A DNA stretch of 64,000 nucleotides from Camelus ferus. Lineage: Eukaryota. The position numbers and the translations under genes were made by a program. Shown here piece after piece: positions 1 to 11,094 of this stretch. Under the pieces are notes generated by a model. It was not told the origin of the DNA. It searched no databases and was given only the letters and a program-made list of their open reading frames with translations. The stretch covers positions 106,270,001 to 106,334,000 of the forward strand of contig NC_045697.1 of the NCBI RefSeq assembly GCF_009834535.1. Reading direction: 5' to 3'. How positions within the stretch are numbered: the first letter of the stretch is position 1; each line of letters starts with the position of its first letter.

Positions 1-2195
1 ACAGCTGGATTCATATCTACAATATCCAATAGTGTTCTTGGTTGTTACCCTTGTTCTTTGTTTTTGTTTTTATCTTCTATTTTTTTTCTGCTTTTTGTAG
101 TTTTACTTGAGCATTTTATATGATTTAATTTTCACTTATTTCATAGCATATCTATTATAATTTTTTTTTAAATACTTGCCTTAGAGTTCACAGTACATGT
201 TTACAGCTAATCTAAATCCACTTTCAAATAACACTATCTTACTTCATGGGTAATGCAAATACTTTACAATAACAAAATAATCCTAATTTCTACCTCTCAT
301 CCCTTGTGTAATTGTTGTCATTACTTCACTTATTTATAAGCATACATATATTAGCATATATAATTATACATAAGCTATATATGTATATTATAATTGAGCA
401 TATTGTTGGTATTATTTTGAATAAATTGTTATCTGTAAATCACTTAGCAATAAGAAAAATAAATATTTTATTTATTCTTATTTCTTCTCTTATATTTTAT
501 GTCTTCTGTGCTTTTCTTTACTTCATATAGTCTGAGTTTCTGACCTATATTATTTACTTTAAAATACTCTCTCTAAAAAACTTCCTTTAGCAGTTTTTTG
601 CAAGGCAGATCTACCGGCAACAAATTGCTTCAATTTCTATTTGTCTGAGAAAGCCTTCACTTTTGAAGGATAATTTTTGCAAGGTACAGAATTACAGGTT
701 GGTGGTCTGTTTCTCAATACTTTAACTATTTCATGCCATTCTTCATTCCTGTACAGCTTTGGATAAGTCAAATGTAATTCTTATTTTTTTTTTCTCTACG
801 AGCAAGGTGTTTTTTTCAGAATTTTTTTATCTTTAATTTTCTGTAATTTGATTATATGCCTAGGTGTAGTTTTTTGGAATTTATTCTGCTTGGTGTTCTC
901 TAGACTTCCTAGATCTTTGCTTTGGTGTCTGATGTTAATTTGGGGGAAATTCTCAGTCATTATTGTTATAAATATTTCTTCTGCTCCTTTCTCTCTTTCT
1001 TCTCCCTCTGGTATTCCCATTATACGTAAGTTACTCCTTCTGTAATTGCCCTACCATCCTTGGACGTTTTGTTCTTTTTTTTCTTTTTTTTTTTTTTAGT
1101 CTTTTCTCTCTTTGATTTTCAGTGTTCAAGAATTCCATTGATATATTTTCTAACTCAGAGAATCTTTCCTCAGCCATGTCCAATCTACTAATAAGCCCAT
1201 CAAAGGCATTCTTCATTTCTGTTACAGTGTTTTTTTATCATTAGCATTTCTTTTTGGTTCTTTCTTAGGGTTTCCATCTCTCTGCGTACATTGTCCATTT
1301 GTTCTTGTATGCTGTCTATTTTATCCACAATTAGCATAGCAATCATAGTTGTTTTAAATCCTCAGTCTGATAATTCCAACATCACTGCCATGTCTGTTCT
1401 GATGTTTGCTTTGTCTTTATAAACTGTGTTTTTGAATACATTGTAATTTTTCCTTGACAGCCAGACATGATATACTAGGTAAAAGGAACTGGTATAAAAA
1501 AGCCTTTAGTAATATGGTGATAAGGTGTTGGGGGAGAGAAAGTGTTCTAAAGCCTTATGATTAAGTCTTAGTCTCTTAGTGAGCTTATGTCTCTGAACTG
1601 TGAACTTCACAAGCATTTTTGGTTTTTTCTCTCCTCTTGGGTGGGAGAAGTTGGTCAGAGTGGACTGGAGTTGAGTTTTTCTCTTTCCCAGGTTCATTAG
1701 GCTCTGATAATACCTAGCAGGTTAAGCTCTGGTTAATCACTTTCTCCTGAAGGCAAGCCTTGTTAAGAATGGAGTGCTCTGGCATATTTCAAAATGGTTC
1801 ATTTTCTCATATTTATTGTGGGAATCTGGTTGAGCTCCTGGTTGTCAATATCACAGTATTATGGAGGCCCCACTATGACCTGGTCCCCTTTGAATGTTTA
1901 ACTCTCAGAGTTGTCCACATTGAGCCTCCAGCAATTCATCATTTACAGTTCATTTTTCCTACCCCAGGACCGTTCTCCCATCAGTTCCTGCTCCTGAGTC
2001 TCTGCTCTGGTAACCTGTATTTCCCTGTATTTGCATGCCTATGTCTCCAATCTTGACAGCAGCATTTTGTCCTGTGTTCTTCCCTCTCTTATAGAGTCAA
2101 GAAGAGCTGCTGATTTTTTAGTCTGTTTAGCTTTTTACTGTTAAGATGGAGTAGTGACTTCCAAGCTCCTTACATGTGGAAGCAGAAACCAGAAT
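1..2195 (-). mobile_element. Old L1 (L1M-type) 5' portion with decayed ORF1
   Basis: ORF fragments MKNAFDGLISRLDMAEERFSELE and GIPEGEEREKGAEEIF...ENFP...TPRHII are typical L1 ORF1p motifs. Confidence 0.9.
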
Positions 2196-2355
2196 CCTTT
2201 ACTTATTTTTTCATAAAATAACTGGCTGTAATAGCCATCCTAATCTTAAGCAATACTAAATTCATTGAATATAATAAAAATCAAGATCTCTGAAAGTTAA
2301 GATACAAATTAGGAAACTTGTTCTGTGCATAGAATTTCAACACTAATAAGCAACA

Positions 2356-2808
2356 TGTAATGGATATCTGTTGTTTAGTCGGTTGAGTGTCCATTAATAT
2401 TCTTTTATTATCAATATGCAGTTTTCCTTCAGGAAGCTACCCATCCCCTTAATGGATATAGCTTCTCTGCAACTCTCAAGCAAATTCTGTCCTCCCATGG
2501 CAAAGTGCTGGACACATAACTCAACCTAAACCAATCAGGTGCTCTCTCAGAATTTAAATTTAAAGCTTAATAACAAAGTGATATATATAGTGATATCAGT
2601 TTATCTAGCACTCAGAAGTAAACAGAGATTGCCCCTTATTTTTTGCTCTCTAGATCTCTGGAGCAGCTCTGGTTCATGTTCTAATGGAAATCTGATTCTT
2701 TAGCTATCTTTCTTCTATCTTTCCTTTAAATTTCTTTCTTTTTTTTTTTTTTTTTTTTTTGCTTTGGTCAGCCAGAATGATTTTTCTGTTGCTTATAAGC
2801 ACAAGATC
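2356..2808 (+). mobile_element. Ancient ERVL/MaLR-type solo LTR (LTR33/MLT1-like)
   Basis: Starts TGTAATGGATATCTGTTGTTT, has an internal CCAATCAG, and ends with T-run + GCT..GCCAGAATGATTTTTCTGTTGCTT. Confidence 0.6.
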
Positions 2809-2985
2809 TTTTATAAATTAATCAAAATAAAAAATATGTCAGCTTAAGATGCAACGAGATTCAGCAAGAAAAATCTGGTCTACTTTTGGTGTCCATAGGT
2901 AATTATTTGTAAATTATATATAAATTTCCAGTGGTTAAATTAATTCCAAACCTAAAATCAAACCAGAAATGACAGCATCACTTAC

Positions 2986-3130
2986 ATTTTTTTCTGTCCA
3001 TCCATTCCTCTAGCTCTGCAAGGTTTATAATTTGTCTTGTCCTCCAAAGACCAAGTCGATATTTAACACGGTAGATTAGTCTGCAATACTTGTTTATAAC
3101 TGCTCTCAAATCTGGTCCATGATACAAAGC
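2986..3130 (-). CDS. IQCM: IQCM internal coding exon, 145 bp, phase 0 to 1; gene continues beyond position 1
   Basis: Acceptor TGTTTTATAG| and donor |GTAAGT. Translates ALYHGPDLRAVINKYCRLIYRVKYRLGLWRTRQIINLAELEEWMDRKK, resembling human ALDHGPDMKAVINMYGRLIHRVRYRRGLWRTRQILNLAELEEWMDRKK. Confidence 0.95.
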
Positions 3131-4029
3131 CTATAAAACAGTAGTATGGTCAGCTGAACTCCATATATACTTTTCCTATGTAAATTTAATCTAATTTTGC
3201 ACCTTTCATTTCATCAATCTCACCCAGTTTCTTAGATTACGGATGTATTTATTTATGTTTCTAAGCTAGGCTGGTTAAATACATGCATTATAGAGTGGGA
3301 TAATTTCCCTAAAGTTCAGAGAGTTTCAATGTTGAGTTGCTCTGTCATCACATACTCATACTTCCTGTAGAGTAGAGGTTTCAATAATAAACTTTTATAG
3401 AAGCTTCCTAGGTTGGTATCCAGATTTCTATAATATGTAGCCCACTTAGCCAGAAAAAAAAAATCTGGTAAGGCATTATTCTGTAATGGATGATTCTTGC
3501 CTAAGCTATCCACTCTGAGAGCTCAAATACTTGTGTTTTCTTTTGAAAATAGTATATGTATGTCTTTTACCTATTTTCCACTGAATTTTTTTCACGTTTT
3601 ACTTCCTGATTTCTAGAACCTGAATATTAAAGAAATTAACCCTTTTCAGCATATGCGCAAATTTTATCAGTTTACTTTTCATCTGTGACTATATTTTTTC
3701 TGCGTATGCATTTTCTACATTCTACTACAGTAGACTTTTAAAAATTAAAGTATAAAAAATTCATCTATTGCAGGCTTGTTTTCTTTTCTAAATAGCCAGT
3801 TCCATTTTATTTATCAATTTAATTATTTTTACATTTTACATTTTCTAGCTCATTAATTTCTCTACTCATCTTTTTTAATTCCTTAGATTTATTTTCCCTC
3901 CTTGACTTCTTAAATTAAAGATTTAAATTATCTATTTTCATTTTGCTAGGAATGTAGTTAAGTTTATGAATTTTCCTCTGAGTCAGCTTTCCTTTCATGT
4001 GTTTTGCATACCATTATACAAGTAAGAAA

Positions 4030-4160
4030 AAAAAAAAACTGAAGCATAAAATCTTTAAATAACTTTCCCAAGGTCCTATAGTTAGTAAGTTGCAGAATTG
4101 GTTCTGAAATCAAAACAAGGACACTCCAGAACCCACACTTTTAACTACACACTATATTCC
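4030..4160 (-). mobile_element. MIR SINE fragment
   Basis: AAACTGAAGCA...AACTTTCCCAAGGTC...GTTAGTAAGT matches the MIR core. Confidence 0.75.
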
Positions 4161-4597
4161 TCTTAATTTACTTGCATTTTATATTTTTCACACATTCTGT
4201 AAATTTTTGTTTTGGTTTATTCCCTAGTATATTTATTTTTTATAACACTTATGAGTGTTCTTGCTCTTGACATTTATTTTCTGTTTTGTATGATTCTTTA
4301 AAGGTTGTTTCTGTCATTTTATTTTTCTTTGTCTTTGCTTAATTTCGTGGTTCTTCTCTGAAATTTTAAAATGTAATGTTTCAGTCTATATTTCTTAATT
4401 TATTGATATTATCAATGAAATAATATTTCTTATTTTGCCTGAATGAAAAAATAAATTAGCACAATTTCACTACTTCCCTCTTCTCCTTTATCCCTCCATC
4501 TGAATTCCATCAGAATCAGGCAGATTCTGAATGTTTGCTAATGTCTTTCAATATTCAATAAAAGTTTATAATGTGTATTTTTAATCTGCCTTTTGTC

Positions 4598-5120
4598 CAG
4601 TAGACTCTTGTTGTTTTGTTTTGTTTTAAATAATGGATTGTTCACACTTTTGGAGCATTCCCCACTGTATGAAACTTAGTAGGAGGCAGAACTCACCTCC
4701 TACAATTTGAAGCCACAAATCAGATGCTTATGACCCAAGCCTCCTCTGTTGCTAGGATGCAGACATGTGACAAAGCTTCATCCATTATCCACACCAGCAT
4801 CAGGCTTTGAATTGAAATTAATAATGCTTTTAAAAGTGAAACAGTGGGAAATCTATTTGTGTGGCAGAGTAACCATGGAGCAAGAATCCACTTTTCAAGG
4901 GTAGCATTTGTGAAGGCAGTAATACCCAGGATTTAGCATCTGCATCAGACTCTGTGCAGGATTTGGCTAGAGTCCTGGGCACTATCTAGGCTAGCCTTCA
5001 TCATTCCCTTCATGCTTCTGAGCTTAGTTCTTCAGACCTCTGCCCAATATTCTACTCAGTGCCTTTCTGCTTAAATCTGTCAGTAGGTTTCTTTTGCTTA
5101 TAACTAAGAATCAAACACTG
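4598..5120 (+). mobile_element. LTR33-like ERVL solo LTR
   Basis: GCCTCCTCTGTTGCTAGGATGCAGACATGTGAC...GGCTTTGAATTG and 3' TTTCTGCTTAAATCTGTCAGTAGGTTTCTTTTGCTTATAACTAAGA. Confidence 0.65.
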
Positions 5121-5859
5121 TTTTAATTGTATCCTTAGAATATGAGCCAAAAGATTCCAGCTTAGAATGCTGCTTAGTGGAATGATGACATTTGCTAAGA
5201 GAGCAAGGACACTAGGCAGCGACCAAATCCAATTTGAGTGTTTTCCCAACAAATTTACTAAATCCTTTTTTGTGGACACACCTTATGAAGAACACTTCTC
5301 AGATCCGAGGCATTCGGAAAGTGACCTAGGAGTTTTCCATGGTTAAGAAGTTGGGTGAGAGAAAATTGCAATGGTCCCTCTTTGTGGTTACTACAGCATG
5401 CCTCTCCACCAGTCTTCCGTATGGAAATATGCCTCAGTTGTGATGGTATGTACATCTCTGTATGTAAGTTTTCCCCCATATTTCTAAATGTTTCTCAAGA
5501 TAGAATTAAATCCAAAAAAATGTACAGATTGATATTTACAACAGCAATATTAGAATAAAAGACTCATAAATTACTGATTATAATTTTCCAATTCATGTTG
5601 ACTTGGAAAGGAAAAATGTATCATACTTACACATCAGGATTTAAACTTTTTTTTCCAATATGCATTTCAAGTTTGTTTTTTATTTGGTATGGTCATATCT
5701 TTCTTTTTTAAATAATGAATGATTGCTTGTTTGGAGAAGTCCACTACTATATGATACTTAGCGGGACTTAATTTCTTTGATTACTAGCAAGAGTAGCCTC
5801 TTTTCATGTTTACTAGCCATTTATGTTTCTCCTACTATGAAGTACTGGTTCATATCTTT

Positions 5860-7140
5860 TACCTATTTTTGCTTAGGACTTCATTCCTAGCAGCACTGGA
5901 AATCATGGACCCAACTCTCTTCTTGTACTGTGTCTGAACTTCCTTGATCTAGCGTATTCTGGTTTTCTTCATATCTCTCTAGCTTTTGCTTCATTGTTTG
6001 TGGAATCCTCACCTCTGCCTGCCCTCTGAGATTGGTCTTTCCCACTCTTACCTTTCCATGCTTCTCTCCTTACTCTATAGACTCTATCTGGACAATGACA
6101 TCAATTCCAGTGGCTCCAGACAGTATCACTAATAATGATTCTCAAATCTATGGATGAGGGTAGAGTACAGGAGGGCATCTTTGGTCAGGGAGCCGAATCA
6201 AAATGTCCAGAAGAAGACTTTCCAAATTTCACATCCTCTCTTCCCAATATGTTATTTATTACACATCCTCCATCATGTTAAAAATAATTTATTCAAAAAC
6301 ATGTGCCAGAAATGTTCTAGTCTTTGTGGATAGATTAGTGAACAGGAAAGACAAAATCCCTGTCTCAGTGTGTTGCATTCTGATGGAAGGAATAACACAG
6401 TCAACAAATAGGTATGTACTTGGCAGTAAGTGGTATGAAGAGCAGTAAAGTGTTTTAAATGGAATAGGAAGGAACTAGGGTAGGTATTATTTTTTATAGG
6501 GTAGCACGGGGCAGGCTCTTTCATAGTGTGACAATGAACAGACACATGAATGAAGTAAAGGAGCCATTCAGTCACCTGGGGAAAGAGATTTCTCAGAGAT
6601 AAAATAAGAACTATTGCCAAATAGAACTATTTTTATGAGTGAGAGAGTTTTACATTCTTTTTCAGGTGTGTTAAGGTGAAAAGAGTTTAAGAACTATTAC
6701 TGGATCCCAAATGTTTCCTTTTGGCCCCATCTTCCTTCTAAACTTTAGACTCACATGTTCAATTGCATCCCAGACATTTCAAGGATGTTCCACAGGCACA
6801 TTAAACTCAGGTTTAAAACCTAAACTCTATCTCCTTTTCTTTCCTCCCCCCTTCTCTTATGCACTCTTCCTCTGAAGTTCTGTATTTCACAACCATCCAT
6901 CAGGTTGCCCAAGGCAAAAATCTAGGAACCATTCTTGATTACTCCCTCTCCTTTATCTCCAAATCCAATTAAATCCAATGTCCTATCTACTGTCCATTTC
7001 TCCAATCCTACCCCAAGCCAATACTATTATGCACTGAACTACTGAAAAAGCATACTAGTTGTTCTTTCTCTAATTTTGTCACACTCTTCCCCCAATTCAC
7101 TGTCCTGAGTCAGTAATTTTTAGAAGCATAACATTGAGGT
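5860..7140 (+). mobile_element. L2 fragments (plus strand) interrupted by an opposite-strand L2 3' end at about 6280-6622
   Basis: L2 motifs such as GATTCTCAAATCTAT, CATCCATCAGGTTGCCCAAGG..AAATCTAGGAACCATTCTTGA. The nested piece has ATGTGCCAG..GTTCTAG...GTGAACAGGAAAGACAAAATCCCTG. Confidence 0.75.
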
Positions 7141-8112
7141 AAACACTGTTTTTGTGTCTATGTTTTTTTCTGGATCATATTAACTTAAAGCAGAACATAT
7201 GCAAACAAACAACATAAAAACTTTAAAAGGAAAAGAATATTTCGAATGGTGGAAATAAATAATGCTGATAGTTAAATGGAGCAATCTCTGCAGTCTCCTT
7301 ATGACTGATATAACTCAATGTTACTTAATTATTTCTAAATAAACCCAAACTGGAGCATTTCACAGGAAATGGTGGAAACTGTATAGTCTCTTGAGTTTTC
7401 TTAGAGTGACTGACATTCTAGCAGATGCCGTCTACAGCCACAAGCCCTCAAGTGCCAACCAAACAGTAGGACTATGAAAGTGTCCCAGTGGAGGGATGGC
7501 TACAGTGCTGACAACTACCCAGTGGTTTGTTGTGCAGCCTCTAGAGCAGAAAGTCTATCAAGAATTCCTCCAACAGCAACTCTGCACACAGGCTCAGTCT
7601 GAAACCGGACCACACGTGCATCACAGGCCTGCCCCACCAGCATTTTGACAACAAGCACAACATTAACTGTATCAACAGAGCAGCTGTCCAACATACAAAG
7701 CAGCATGCCGATGGCGGAATAAAAATGAAAATCCATGATCATAACACGTTTTTTAACCAAATCAAAGGCAACAATCCACATTTGCTCTGACTCTTTAATA
7801 ATGCTTCTTATTCTTTTCATCTCAAATTCTACCTCTGCCTAGAAAGTCAACATTTTCCTTGTTGAGCTCACCTTTTCACTGTCATCTTGGACCCACTCTT
7901 ACTTTCCAAGTTTTTAGACCCGTTTTTGTCCCAGAAGTTATGGATGATGTTACAATTCTCTCCAATATCAGAAAATACTATAATTAAGTTAAATTATATT
8001 ATATATACGGTATGTATATATGACATATATTATATGTCTCTATATATTTATGTATATGATATATGTGAATCATTAGAGTGATCTGATAAAATTCTATAAC
8101 TATATTTTGCTG

Positions 8113-9215
8113 AATTAATTCAAAAGACATTTGTTGAATTAACTATCACATGCCAAGCTCTATTCTAGGCATTTGAACACAGTAGCAAACAAGACAGAAA
8201 ACAATATAAACATACAGAGACAAGTAAATAAACAAGAAAAACAGCAGGTAATGAGTGAATATAGTTAAAATGAGAGAGAGTGTATGTGACAAAACAGTAT
8301 GTGGTACTATAAATATAAAAATAAAGAGCAGGTACTCCCAAATAGGTCACATAAATTGTATTGTTCATGACAAACATGTAAACAAAAGGTCAAAATGCAG
8401 AGGACTGGGCAAATTATTGACCAAAAATGGAGAGATCAACTCTGCTTGATGGACCAGAGAGCATATCTGGGTGTGTATACTTAAGGAAGAGCTTAAAGAA
8501 TGAGTTGGAGTTTGTCAGAAAATTAGGGAGGAAGAGTATACCAGACTAAGAGAACAGCATAAAGATTCATAAAGTAATAGGAAACAGTCAGGGAATATAA
8601 GGATTTGGGCTTTGCTAGAGCCCAGGGTATTAGTGAAGAAGTGCCATGTGACGAAGCTGGACAGTGGGCAAGAGCCAGGCCAAGGAGGCCACATGTACTA
8701 TGTTAGAGAATTCATATTTTATCCAATTAGCAACACGGGACCATCAAAAGATTATAAGGCATGAAATAAGGAAGTCAGAGTGGAGCTTCCTCTGCATATG
8801 ACAGATCAGATGGGAGGAGGCCTACATGCAGGTAGACAACTAGGAGACCACCGCAGTTCTCCATGTGAGGGGTGATGGATAGAAGCTCTGGCAAGAAGAA
8901 CAGAGGGGAAGAGTGGCACAAGAAATGTTATGGAAGTGGTAACCAATTGAACAGGGGGGTGAGAAAGCTGAAGGGGTCTAAGAAAATTCCAGGTGCACAG
9001 CTTGGACGATGGGTGGTGGCACAGTTCAACAATATAAGTAGTGCAGGAAAGGAAGAGCTCTGTAGAATAAGAAAATGGTTCACGTAAGGCTATGTGGAGT
9101 TTGATTTAACTATGGACCTTTCCAATGGGCAACTTAATGCTTGGATCTAGAACTAGAGAGACAGGTCTGGGACATGGCTTTAGATTAGATTAGGGAGCAA
9201 TTAGTCATCAAATAG
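8113..9215 (-). mobile_element. L2 element 3' region
   Basis: ATTCAAAAGACATTTGTTGAATTAACTATCACATGCCAAGCTCTATTCTAGGC (reverse L2 3' end) followed by purine-rich L2 body. Confidence 0.75.
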
Positions 9216-9229
9216 TTTAAGTCAATGAT

Positions 9230-9368
9230 ATAATATGTAGACTAAGCATGGGCTTTGAAGTCAGAGAGACATGGGTTTGAATTCTAGCTCAGTCCCTTAC
9301 CAGCAGTGCAACCCTGGGCAAATGACCTAGTTTCTCTGAGCTTTAGTTTCTTCATCTATAAAATGAAC
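9230..9368 (+). mobile_element. MIR SINE
   Basis: GGCTTTGAAGTCAGA..GGGTTTGAATTCTAGCTC...CCTGGGCAAATGAC...TTTCTTCATCTATAAAATG. Confidence 0.85.
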
Positions 9369-9957
9369 ACAGCAGCTCCACACAGAATTCCTGATCTATT
9401 CTTCAATTTCTAGTTTTTTTTTCCAAATTCCTATATTAGTAGTACAACTTTAGCCCTCAAGGTGAGGACATTTTTTTAATTTCCTCAAAGGTTTGCCAAA
9501 ATCCATCCCCTCAGGTTCTTCTGTATTTGCCCAACCAGAACAGGTCCTTGTGATTTATTCTGAAAGTCAGGATTGCTATATATAAAAGTTGCTCAGGTGG
9601 ATGTGTGGAAATGTGTGTAATTTCTTTTTAAGGTGAACGTTTAAACTGCGAGAGTACCCAGGAGTGTGGGAAGTGGAGGAAAGTTGCTTTAAACAGAGGA
9701 TAAGCCAATAGCACAGAGGAAACAAAATCAGTGCAAAGATAGGTGGCCCCAGCCTTAGAGTAAAAGTAGACCCAAAACTGTTGGGTTAAGGATAAGCCAG
9801 GCATTTGTTCAGTCTCTAATCTGACACAATCTGAAATTGTCACAAGAATAGATTATTCATAACGTTTTCTTAAACCAAAAAGTGGAGACAGAACTTTATT
9901 GAGAAAAATTATAGATATATTGACCAGGTGACTATCCAAATTCAGCTTAACTGAATT

Positions 9958-10858
9958 AAAGTCCATTGATGGATGAATGGGTAAGAAGGTGTGATATATA
10001 TACACACAACAAGATATTACTCAACCACTAAAAAAAAAAAGAATGAAATCTTGCCATTTTTGACAACTTTGGATGGACTTGAAGGGTATCATGCTAAGTG
10101 AAATCAGACAGACAGAGAAAGACAAATGCTGTATGATTTCACCTACATGTGGAATATAAAAAGCAAAACAAATGAACAGACATAATGAAACAGAAACAGA
10201 GCCATGAATGCAAACAGGTTTTTGCCAGAGGAGTGGGTGGGGAAGACAGAAACAGGTGACAAAGATTAAGAAGAACAAACTTCCAGTTGTAAAATATGAG
10301 AGTCATGGGTATGAAATGTACAGTGTGTGGAATATAGTCAATGATTAGGCATGTATCATTGTATGGTGACAAATGCTAACTAGATTTGTTGTGATCATTT
10401 TGAAATGTACAGAAAATCAGACCCCAATGTTGTGTAACAGAAACTATACTTGTGGATCAAGTATACTTCAAAAACAAACAGACTCAATAAGATCAGATTT
10501 GTTGCTACCAAAGACAAGTAGGAGAAGGGGAAATTGGATGAAAGCAGTCAAAAAGTACAAACTTCCAGTTACAAGATAAATAAGTACTAGGGATCTAATG
10601 TACAACATGATAAATATAGTTAACACTGCTGTACATTATACATGCAAGTTGTAAGGAGAGTAAGACCTAAGAGTTTGCATCACAAGGAAATTTTTTTTTC
10701 CATTTCTTACTTTTGTATGTATAGGAGATGATGGATATTCACTAAACTTACTGTGGTCATCATTCCATGACGTATGTAAGTCAAATCATTATGCTGTACA
10801 CTTTAAACTTATACAGTGCTGCACGTCAATTATACTTCAATAAAACTGGAAGGAAAAA
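9958..10858 (+). mobile_element. L1 3' end (L1MA9-like/laurasiatherian type), antisense to IQCM
   Basis: GATGGATGAATGG...GAATGAAATCTTGCCATTT...GCTAAGTGAAATCAGACAGACAGAGAAAGACAAATGCTGTATGAT, ending TATACTTCAATAAAACTGGAAGGAAAAA. Confidence 0.9.
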
Positions 10859-10898
10859 CAAGTTTTAAACACATTATAACATTCCAGATATGCTTTAC

Positions 10899-11094
10899 CT
10901 TGGTCATTATTCTTTGGAATCTTCTGCGTTCAAGCCATCCTCTGATAAGCGCCTGTATGACGGTGATCATTTTAACTATGTTTTTGGTTATTAATTTTTT
11001 CCTTCCCCGGAACACTTGGAAGATTTCTATGTGTGGTCCAATTCTTTTAACTTTATTGCCAAATTTATCACTTTTACTTGGAATCGGTTTTACA
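10899..11094 (-). CDS. IQCM: IQCM coding exon containing the IQ calmodulin-binding motif, 196 bp, phase 2 to 0
   Basis: Acceptor TTTTATTTTTAG| and donor AAG|GTAAAG. Translates VKPIPSKSDKFGNKVKRIGPHIEIFQVFRGRKKLITKNIVKMITVIQALIRGWLERRRFQRIMTK, with IQxxxRGxxxR motif. KVKRIGPHIEIFQVFR matches recalled human IQCM. Confidence 0.95.

Noticed and set aside
796..1216. ORFs resembling a coiled-coil/RRM protein gene
   Set aside because: Frameshifted L1 ORF1 remnants, not a host gene.
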